Positions 1-9,726 of a DNA stretch of 64,000 bases are shown here, piece after piece. Origin of the DNA: Mobula birostris. Its lineage: Eukaryota. The notes below the pieces were generated by a model that was not told the origin of the DNA, did not search any database, and worked only from the letters and a program-made list of their open reading frames with translations. The translations under genes were made by a program, and so were the position numbers. Each line of letters opens with the position of its first letter. Position 1 is the first letter of the stretch. The stretch spans positions 175,360,057 to 175,424,056 of the forward strand of contig NC_092374.1 in assembly GCF_030028105.1 (NCBI RefSeq), in the 5' to 3' direction.

Positions 1-1660
1 TATGTTCAAGTGTTTCAGTTTGCTGTAAGTCATCCCCACAATTGCCAAGGTCCTTTAAACTGGTGAATACTGAAGCAAAGTATTCATTAAGTACCTCCGC
101 TACCTTCTCTGACTCCATATACACTTTTCCACTGTCACAGGATTGATCCTATACTCATACAGCACATCCTCTTGCTCTTCACATACTTGTTGTATGCCTT
201 GGGGTTTTCCTTAATCCTGCTCACCAAGGCCTTCTCATGGTCCCTTCTAGTTCTCCGAATTTCATTCTTGAGCTCCTTCCTGGCACCCTCGTAATTTTCT
301 AGAGCTCCAACAGTACCTAGGATTTTAAACCTTTTGTAAGTTTTTCTTTTCTTCTTAACTAGATTTTCTACATCTTTTGTGCACCATGGTTCTTTTACCC
401 TACCATCCTTTCCCTGACTCAATGGAATGCAGAACGCAATGCAAATGTTCCCTGAACATTTGCCACATTTCTGCTGTGCATTTCCCTAAGAACATCTGCT
501 CCCAATTTATGCTCCCAAGTTCCTGCCTGGTGGCATTATATTTCCCCCTACCTCAATTAAATGAGGTACCAAATTTTCTGCTCCTATCCCTCTCTAGCAC
601 TATGGCAAAGGAGATAGAGTTGTGATCACTACCTTCAAAATGCTCTTCTGAGAGATCTGGCACCTGATCAGGCTCATTTCCCAATACCAGATCAGGTATA
701 GCCAGTCAATATTAGGAAAGTTAAAATCACCCATCACAACAACCCTATTATTATTGCATCGTTCCAGAATCTCCCTCCCTATCTGCTCCTCAATGTCTCT
801 GTTTCTATTGGGGGGGGATCTATAAGAAACACCCAGTAGTTATTGCCTCCTTCCTGTTTTTGATTTCCAACCACAATGACTCAGTAGACAATCCCTCCAT
901 GACTTCTTCCTTTTCTGCAGCCATGATATTATCCCTGATTAACGATGCCACTCTCCCACCTTTTTTGCCTCCCTCCCTGACCTTCTTGAAACATCTAAAG
1001 CCTGGCACACTCAGCAGCTATTCCTGTTCCTGAGACATCCAAGGCTCTATAATGGTCACACCGTCATAGTTCCACATATTAATCCACGCTCTAAGTTCAT
1101 CCGCCTTGCTCATGATGCTCATTGCATTAAAATAGACAGATCTCAAACCATCTGGCTGAAGGTCAATTTCTCTGCCTCCTGGATGATCCTTAGTTCAGCC
1201 AACTCCAGTTCCAGCTCCTTAATGCGTCTTTCAGAAGCTGGAGTTGGCGGCACTTCCCACAGGTGCGGTCACCAGGGAGACCATCAGGTTCCATGAGTTA
1301 CCACACCCTACAGGAGGAGCATTCCATTGCCATATCTGCCATCCTGCCTGCTCTGTACAATGGGCAACCAAGTCCAAATCAGCAATAACAAAAAGGAAAA
1401 ACTAACTCTTCTAACCTGTGTCTTTGGCCTCAGCTTCTTCTCGTCGAAGCCTCTTGACTCGAAGCCTGACGTTCCTACTCTCACTGCTGGCCTTCTCCCA
1501 GCAATGGCCACCCTGATAATGGCCTCCCCGATTGTCCCTTCTGTACTTGTATTTAATTTTCAGTGCACTGCTCCTTCCTCTGGAACGGCCGAACACCCAC
1601 AAAGCTCTCCTTCTACACAAGCTTCGCCGACCTGTGAGTGACCTGTCAAAGTGCTCTGCT
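1..1660 (-). mobile_element. CR1 LINE 5' part (5'UTR, start of ORF1, APE endonuclease), degenerate, most of ORF1 deleted
   Basis: Minus-strand ORFs 820-1008 (MPGFRCFKKVREGGKKGGRVASLIRD..ESLWLEI) and 135-422 are CR1 endonuclease-region peptides and parallel the copy at 11211-12011. Confidence 0.75.
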
Positions 1661-2356
1661 CCCGCCGCTGACTGGGCCTCTGGAACTCTTTCCAGTTTAC
1701 TGGCGTCTTTTGTGGCTAAACCTGAACACAATACTCCAAATACAGTGTCACCAATGTCTGGTACAGCTTCAACACAACACCAGCCCCTATACTCAAAGCC
1801 GTGGCTGATGAAGGCCAGTGTGCCAAAGCTGCCTTCACCACCCTGTCTGCCTGTGAGTCACTTGCAGGAACCATGTATCTGCACTCCTGGGTTCCTTTGT
1901 TCTACAACACTGCCCAGGTACCTACTTTCACCGTGAAAGCCCTACCCTCACCTGACTTTCCAAAATGCAATATCTCACACTAATCCGAATTAAAAAATAT
2001 TTGCTATTCACCCAGCTAATCGTGATTCCTGTATAATTGCTGATAAACTTATAGACTGTTAATGACACCGCCTATTTTAGTGTCATTGAAAAACTTACTA
2101 ACCATGCCTGTACATTCTCATCTAAATCATTGATACAGATGACAATTAATGGTGGTCCCACCACTGACTCCCGGGGAACACTACTGGTCATGAGCCTCCA
2201 GGCTGAGAAACAACTTTCCACCATCACTCTCTGTTCTACAGTGCCATTTCAGTTGTCTATCCAATTAGCCCGCTCTCCCTGGATCCCAGGGAGATGTGTG
2301 TGTGCGTGTCTGTCTGTCTGTCTGGTGGGGCACAGAGTGAGGATACTGCACAGAAT

Positions 2357-3235
2357 CTTGTCATCTTCAGAAGTTTTTGGTTGACTCTGCCATAGTTGGA
2401 TGCATCAGCAAGGGAGATGAGGCTGAGTACAGGGCTATGGTAGGAAACTTTGTCACATGGTGTGAGCAGAATTATGGGCAGCTTAATGTGAAAAAGATTA
2501 AGGAGCTGCTGGTAGACCTGAGGAGAGCTAAGGTACCGGTGACCCCTGTTTCCATCCAGGGGGTCAGTGTGGACATGGTGGAGGATTACAAATACCTGGG
2601 GATACGAATTGACAATAAACTGGACTGGTCAAAGAACACTGAGGCTGTCTACAAGAAGGGTCAGAGCCGTCTCTATTTCCTGAGGAGACGGAGGACCTTT
2701 AACATCTGCCGGACGATGCTGAGGATGTTCTACGAGTCTGTGGTGGCCAGTGCTATCATGTTTGCTGTTGTGTGCTGGGGCAGCAGGCTGAGGGTAGCAG
2801 ACACCAACAGAATCAACAAACTCATTCGTAAGGCCAGTGATGTTGTGGGGATGGAACTGGACTCTCTCACGGTGGTGTCTGAAAAGAGGATGCTGTCTAA
2901 GTTGCATGCCATCTTGGTCAATGTCTCCCAACCACTACATAATGTACTGGGTGGGCACAGGAGTACATTCAGCCAGAGACTCATTCCACCGAGATGCAGC
3001 ACTGAGCGTCATAGGAAGTCATTCCTGCCTGTGGCCATCAAACTTTACAACTCCTCCCTTGGAGGGTCAGACATCCTGAGCCAATAGGCTGGTCCTGGAC
3101 TTATTTCATAATTTACTGGCATAATTTACATATTACTATTTAACTATTTATGGTTCTATTACTATTTATTATTTATGGAGCAACTGTAACGAAAACCAAT
3201 TTTCCCCGGGATTAATAAAGTATGACTATGACTAT
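2357..3235 (+). mobile_element. Rex1/Babar-type non-LTR retrotransposon, 5'-truncated (RT C-terminus, 3'UTR, (TATGAC)n tail)
   Basis: ORF 2377-3087 ([53 protein letters not shown]). Near-identical copies at 38000-38501 (-) and 54114-54826 (+). Confidence 0.85.
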
Positions 3236-3276
3236 TGGCTTGCTTCCTCACATTAGTCACTGCCGTTTGAGAGGTT

Positions 3277-3476
3277 CTTAAAAACGCAAACACGAGGAAT
3301 TCTGCAGATGCTGGAAATTCAAGCAACACACATCAAAGTTGCTGGTGAACGCAGCAGGCCAGGCAGCATCTCTAGGAAGAGATACAGTCGATGTTTCAGG
3401 CCAAGACCCTTCATCAGGACTCAGGCTTCGTCAGCAGCCTGGCCTGCTGCATTCACCAGCAACGTTGATGTGTGTG
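3277..3476 (-). mobile_element. Fold-back miniature Penelope-like insertion with 12-bp TSD
   Basis: PLE terminal sequence followed by its own partial inverted copy; flanked by GTTTGAGAGGTT at 3265-3276 and 3477-3488. Confidence 0.75.
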
Positions 3477-3893
3477 GTTTGAGAGGTTGCAGTTTTTCTG
3501 ATTGTAGTCGAGATTTTCCAGCCACCCCTTCCCCTTTCTGAATCATATATTCATATAGTTGTACAGCACGGAGACAGGCTCTTCAGCCCATTTGGCCTAT
3601 TCCATCCAACAAGCCCATCTAAACTACCGCCATTTCCCCACGTTTGGCCCATATCCTTCTCAACCTGTTGACCCATTGGAAGTGCCTCAACACTTCCTCT
3701 GGTAGCTCATTCCATGTTCGTATTATCCTTTTTGAGAAGAGATTACCCCTCAAGTCTCTTTTAAATTTCTCCCTGTACACAATAAATAAAAACTTCTTTC
3801 GTAATACTAAAGGAATTTCAATTCCAGTGTGTTTCGTACTCCTTGGGTCCCTCCCGGTCCCTCCCACCACCAATTGTTTCACTGCTATTTCTG

Positions 3894-3935
3894 CGTGGCA
3901 ACCAATGACGAAGCACAGATTAATTTTACCATTGG
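3894..3935 (+). promoter_or_regulatory. Distal X1-X2-Y-like module (candidate RFX/CREB/NF-Y enhancer)
   Basis: CGTGGCAACCAA-TGACG-..-ATTGG. TGACG (3906) to ATTGG (3931) is 25 nt, the same as in the proximal promoter (18661 to 18686). Confidence 0.5.
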
Positions 3936-3979
3936 ACAGAGCTGCGTTGTGTGCACCACTCACTGGCGATATGTTAACG

Positions 3980-4011
3980 TGCAGCTGGCCCTGTCTCCTC
4001 TAGAGGGCGCC
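3980..4011 (+). promoter_or_regulatory. Candidate CTCF site
   Basis: Core CCTCTAGAGGGCGC at 3997-4010; TGCAG 17 nt upstream at 3980, the recalled spacing of the CTCF upstream module. Confidence 0.5.
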
Positions 4012-4064
4012 TGGAACCTTGGTACTGTACCATGAAGATCGAAACCGGCCCCAAGATTTCCTTC

Positions 4065-5080
4065 CAGGAACACACAAAAAACTGGATTATCTCAGTAAAT
4101 CAGGTAGAATCTATGGAAGGGCTGAGACCCTTGATCAAGACTGGAAAAGGTAGGGGTAAGAAGCAAGAATAAGAAAGTGGAGGAATGAGAATCAGAGTCA
4201 GGTTTGTTATCACCGGCATGTGTCGTGAAATTAGATAATTTAGCTGCAGCACTTCAATGCTATACATAATATAGAAGAAAAAAAGTAAAAATAAATAAAT
4301 AAGTACATTAAACACAGTATATGTTGAATAGATTAAAAACCGTGCAAAAACAGAAATAATAAACAGTATATTAAAAAAGTGAGATAGTGTTCATGGAATC
4401 AGATGGCAGAGGGGAAGAAGCTGTTCCTGAATCACTGAGTGTGTGTCTTCAGGTATTTGCACCACCTACCTGATGGTAACAGTGAGAAAATGGCAATGAT
4501 GGTAACAATAAAAAGGTGGAGAGAGGAGATGGCATACAAGCTGGTAGGTGATAGGTGAGACCGAGTGAGAGGGAAGGTGGGAGAAGCTGGAAGAGGATAT
4601 TTGGAAGAGGCAAAGTGCTGAAGAAGCAGTTTGATAAGAGATGACAATGGAGGAAAGGAAAGGAAAAGAGATGGAGAAACAGAAGGAGGTGGTGGCCAGG
4701 TGAGAGAAGAATGGTAACCAGAATGGGGAATGGAAAAAGAGAGAAGGGGAGAGATGACCAGATGTTAGAAAAATCAATGTTCATATGCATTCAGATTGGT
4801 GGCTATGCAAACAGAGTATGAGGTTCTGTTCCTCAAACCTAAGTTTGCCCTCAGCATGGCAGTAAAGGAGGCTGTGGACAGACATGTCAAAATGGGAATG
4901 TGAAATTGAATTGAAATGGCAGATCCTGCCTATTGCAGTGGACAGGGTAAAGGTGTTCAATCTGCAGTCCAGCCTGCATCAGGTCCAACCAATGTAGAGG
5001 AGGCCACACCTGGAGCACAATAGATGACCCCTGAATGGACAGTTTGGGGCCCTCAGTGATGATAAGGAAGGAGGTAGAGG
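4065..5080 (-). mobile_element. Degenerate Penelope-like fragment (GIY-YIG C-terminus plus terminal repeat) with a nested LINE 3' end at ~4190-4480
   Basis: Purine-rich tract and the PLE ..QPDxMNIDFSN-type end on the minus strand near 4770-4900. Confidence 0.6.
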
Positions 5081-5879
5081 ATCAGTCTTGAACAATAAGC
5101 TACCTTGAAAATGTAGGTTGGATTAAAATGGGTAGCAGATGCTGCCACACCTCCTCCCATGCAGTCAGATTGAGTAACACAGTACGTATACACACACACA
5201 CACGCACACAGTCATGGAGAGAAGACACAGTCCCCTCATTTGCAGGGATTACAGTGACAAAAGAAAACAAATGTCTCACATACACACAGTATGCAGAAAG
5301 TTTGCTGGCTCCGTTCACAATCCCCCATTGCAGTTCTTGTTCTTGTTATGATCAGGACCCTGTCCCAGCAAGCAAAGCTGTCACACCCAGACCAGTTGCT
5401 TTCAGAAACTATTATTGGCTGAGTCTGCAGGAGTAACTCCTCTGTGTCACAGATCACGCACACTGACTATGAGAGCAGACATTCACCATCTCCACTGGAA
5501 ATGGGACACAGTGTGTGCAACAGTACCCTGCTGCTGACTGAACCCAAACTCCAGTGGAGGGGATTCTGCAGACAGCAGCGGGCTGACAGCCAGAGCACAG
5601 TGTTATCACAGATTTCCCTTCCAGGCACCCCTTCACCAGGGAATTCACCTCATCACATTAGAGCAGGTATAATCATTCACTGGTTATACATTTATTTAAT
5701 GAACCCCTGGTCCCTGAGTTCAGCTGGCGCAGGCAGGGAGGGAAATGTCAGTTTGGATCAAACCCAATCCTAGACAGTCAGAAGTCCCACAGACCCTTAA
5801 GCCCACTGAGTCTGTACCAACCACTGACCACTCGTTTATACTCACCCCGTATAATTCTCTCCACATTCCCAGCAATTCC

Positions 5880-6065
5880 TTCTGGATTCTAACACTCACC
5901 CACACCATAAAGGCAATTCACAGTGGCCATTACCCTACTGACCCACACGTCATTGGGATGTGGGAGGAAACCAGAGCACATGGGGCAACCCCAGAGGCCA
6001 ACAGGGAGAGAATGTAATGCCCACACGGACAGCACCGGAGTTCAGGATCTGGTTGCACAGCTGTG
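5880..6065 (-). mobile_element. tRNA-derived SINE (V-SINE/HE1-like)
   Basis: GGGATGTGGGAGGAAACCAGAGCAC..ACAGGGAGAGAATG..CACACGGACAGCACCGGAG; related copy near 32995-33090. Family assignment from memory. Confidence 0.55.
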
Positions 6066-6234
6066 CTGACTGGAGATATCCCAGAGTTTTACAATCTAAT
6101 TATTATTGATGCAGATCCCGTCAACGTAGCTAAGGTGGACAGGTGCTGTATAGGATGGTGGTTTTCTTTCCCTGGGGCATAAGATATAAGAGCATGGAGG
6201 TTATGGTATACCATATCTTTATTAAACATTGGAG

Positions 6235-7260
6235 TGTTACAAGGCGGGCGCTGGGAGCGGACCCAAATGCAAGACATAGACACTGAAGTACTAGGAACAG
6301 GACTAGATCTGTCAAGAGAGCAAGGGAGGAAATGACACTGGACATTGACACAGGCCCTGAGCGAGACTAGGATTCAGGGCCTGGGCTAGGGCTTGGGCTA
6401 GAAGCATGGGACCCAGACGTGGAACTAGGAACAAGGAGCCTGAACTGGGAACTCAGAACTCCAGAACCAGAGTCTGGACAAGGACCCGGAACCTGGGTCC
6501 TGACTCGGAACTGGAACTGGGTCTAAGCAAGAACTCAGGACTAGGATCTTGGCAAGGACAGGACGTGGCTACAGCACAGAATGAGGTACTCCTGGGCTAG
6601 GTTTTGGCTCGGCTCTTGGACTCGGCTTGGTTAGACTCTTGGCTACGGAGCCGAGACTCCTCCTTGGAGTGCAGGGCCGGGACCCTTTCTAGGACGCAGG
6701 GCCGGGATGACTGCCGAGGTTTCAGATGGGGACGGTCCAGCACAGGACAAGGAATCTCCAGCACCAGGCTGGGCGAGGAACCAGAACTGGATGTGGACAT
6801 GAAGTTCAGACTTGGACAGGGCTGGAACACGGGCAGCTGGACTTGGCCTTGGAACACAGAGCCTTGGACTTGAGCACAGGAACACAGAATCAGGACCCCT
6901 CTTTTGGAACAGGACGTAGAGCTGGGACTTGTACACAGAACACAGACACTAAACAGGGACACAAAGAGACAGTTCCAAACTCAACGATAAATAGTTCCTT
7001 CTCTTGGTGTGGCAAGGGTCCAGTCTCGCTCTGGCAGTTGAACTTGATGGGGATACTGACAAGGTTTCAGGCAGAAGGGAAGGGAACAGTCCAACAGGGA
7101 ATCCTTGGTTTGAGAGGTATTTATGTGCCAGCCCAAAACGAGAATCAGGTGCCTCAATTAAGGCACCTAGTGGAACAAGAGAAAACAGGAAAACCCAGAA
7201 TTGTGAATCAACGGACCAGACCGTGAACCAGAATGCGGATTCACGGACCGGATCATGACA
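6235..7260 (-). mobile_element. Solo LTR (family A) inside a CR1 fragment
   Basis: TGTTAC...ATGACA termini; flanks TGGAG/TGGCG (4 of 5 match). Homologous to 8711-9726, 12590-13866 and 14948-15525. Strand inferred from a TATA-like motif. Confidence 0.75.
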
Positions 7261-8069
7261 TGGCGAGCTCACAGCGGGAGTACTGTGAACTGTTCGGGTT
7301 GTTATGTAATAGGAAGTGTGTGATTGCACTGGAGAGGGTGCAGAGATCATTCACAGGATGTCTCCATTATGTAGATAGGCTGGATTAACTGGGGTTGCTT
7401 TGCTTGGAACAGAGAGGGCTGGGAGGGAGTTGAAACCAGAAAGAGATATGTGGAAATTATGAGGAATAAATATGGTAGTTAGTAGGAAATTTTTCCCAGT
7501 GCAGAAGGTTCTGTGACCATCAAGTACTTGGCACATAGCCACTTAGGTCCTGCCAATTCAAGTGCTTGCCTATATATTTCATAAATTTTGTGAAATTCTC
7601 TGCTTCCACCTCAGCCCACTACCAAACAACCAGGAAGTGTGTTACAGATTTCAATGTGATTCCAGTCACTTTTTGGTTTAAAAAAAAAAGGGCTACCCTG
7701 ATTCCCTCTAAAGTTCTTGTTCCTTGACCTATATACCTGCTGATAACCCTCGATATATACCTGCTGATCTTGGATATGCTGGTGAGGCTGTTTGCTTCCT
7801 ACACTGGGACTAGACCTCTGATGAACTCAAGCCTCAAGACCTTGAACGTGTGACAGTCTCACTGACACCAGTGGGCCAGGGATGACAGACACCCTGGCCA
7901 AGGTTGCTGCCTTTCACAGGGATTCCATTCTGTGGATTGTGTGAACTAGGGATTAATGTGTCCATTTCAGGGACAGGGTTTCCTAAAGCAGGAGTGTGTA
8001 CAATCACTGTTCTGCATCTCCCAGTCCAATGTCAAAGTTCTCTGATCATTCAGTTTGTTGTTTTAGACT

Positions 8070-8172
8070 AGTTTCTACTTCCCAGTTAAACCACGAGGCA
8101 AGTTTCACTTCTCCCTGAGTTCTTCCTTCTCTCTGCCTCGAGTGCTGAGCTGAGCAATGTGGTTTCACTTCC
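8070..8172. promoter_or_regulatory. Cluster of IRF / ETS-IRF (ISRE/EICE-like) motifs
   Basis: AGTTTCTACTTCC 8070-8082, AGTTTCACTTCT 8101-8112, GGTTTCACTTCC 8161-8172 (reverse complement contains GGAAGTGAAA), in sequence I do not recognise as a repeat. Confidence 0.4.
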
Positions 8173-8710
8173 AGGGACTCTGAGAAGGAGCAATGGGAGG
8201 ATTTGTGCTCTGCTTCATCCACAGTGTATTCATGAGCTCCTTCTGATGTTGTGTGATTTGCCCTGTTCTGTGATGAACTGACACTGAGGCTATGGGCCTG
8301 CTCTGGACTTCGGGTTAAACATAGAAACATAGAAAACCTACAGCACAATACAGGCCCTTCGGCCCACAAAGTTGTGCCGAGCAAGTCCCTAACTTAGAAA
8401 TTACCAGGCTTACGTATAGCCCTCTATTTTTCTAAGCTCCATGTACCTATCCAAAAGACTCTTAAAAGACCCTATCATATCCACCTCCACCACCGTTGCT
8501 AGAAGTCCATTCCACGCACTCACCACTCTGAGTAAAAAAAAACTTACCCCTGACATCTCCTCTGTACCTACTCGCCAGCACCTTAAACCTGTGTCCTCTT
8601 GTGGCAACCATTTCAGCCCTGGGAAAAAGCCTCTGACTATCCCATGATCAATGCCTCTCATCATCTTATACTCCTCTATTAGGTCACCACTCATCCTCCG
8701 TTGCTCCAAG

Positions 8711-9726
8711 TGTCACAATGGGGGCATTGGTGGCGGACCCAAATGCAGGACACAGACACTGACGTACTAGGAACAGGACTAGGGAAGTGGAGAAGAAAGG
8801 ATGCTGGACATGACACAGACCTAGGACAAGACTAGGATACAGGGCCTGGGCTAGGACTTGACTAGGATAGTGGAACCAGGACATGGAACTAGGAACTAGG
8901 AGCCTGGGTGTGGATTCCGAGCCAGAGACTGGGCAAGGACCCAGAACCTGGGTCTTGACTTGGGCTCAGATCCCAAAACCAGACAAGGACATGACGTGGC
9001 TACTGGACAGGACATGACTGGGGTCTTGAGGCTTGAGGCTGGGGTCCCTGGCGACCAGGCAAAGGCGTGACGAGGCTGGGGTCCCTGGCGACCAGGCAAA
9101 GGCGTGACGAGGCTGGGGTCCCTGGCGACCAGGCAAAGGCGTGACGAGGCTGGGGTCCCTGGCGACCAGGCAAAGGCGTGACGAGGCTGGGGTACTGCGA
9201 GGCAACTCCTGGGCAGGATGCGGGACTCCTGGGCAGGACGCAGGACTCAAACCCGACGGAGGCAAGGGACCAGAAGGGACAGAACTCACTGCAGGGTAAC
9301 AGCAAACGGCCTGCCTTACCCAACAGAGGCAAGGGACAGGAAGGGAGCTAGGTCCAGGGTGGCTCCAAGACTCGAGGCAGTCGGTAACCTCAGCAGGCTA
9401 CAGAACAGCCAAATCCATATCTCAATGACTGCATTAGCCTTCCACCGGTGGGTTGCTCCAAGGCGAGACTGACAAGGTGCAAGCGAGGGTCACAGACGAG
9501 GCGAGGCAACAGAAGGAAAGAAAGGGATTCAGACAGGGTGTTTGGACAAGAACAATCCAGCAACCAAGTCCTGGTCTCTGGAGTTATTTATGAGTCTGCC
9601 CAAACTAGAATCATGTGCCTCAATTAGAGTGCTCAACAGAAATGGGGTAAACAGGAAAACCTGGAACGAGGGTCAATGGACCGGACCGTGAACCGGAATG
9701 CGGAATTCATGGACCGGACCATGACA
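8711..9726 (-). mobile_element. Solo LTR (family A), perfect 5-bp TSD
   Basis: TGTCA...TGACA termini; CCAAG at 8706-8710 and 9727-9731; the host CR1 reads continuously when the element is removed. Confidence 0.85.
9035..9193. repeat. 37-bp minisatellite, 4 perfect copies plus 11 bp
   Basis: GAGGCTGGGGTCCCTGGCGACCAGGCAAAGGCGTGAC starting at 9035, 9072, 9109 and 9146, partial at 9183. Confidence 0.95.

Noticed and set aside
9035-9193. 37-bp repeat resembling a CRISPR array
   Set aside because: Units are contiguous with no spacers and the genome is eukaryotic; it is a minisatellite.
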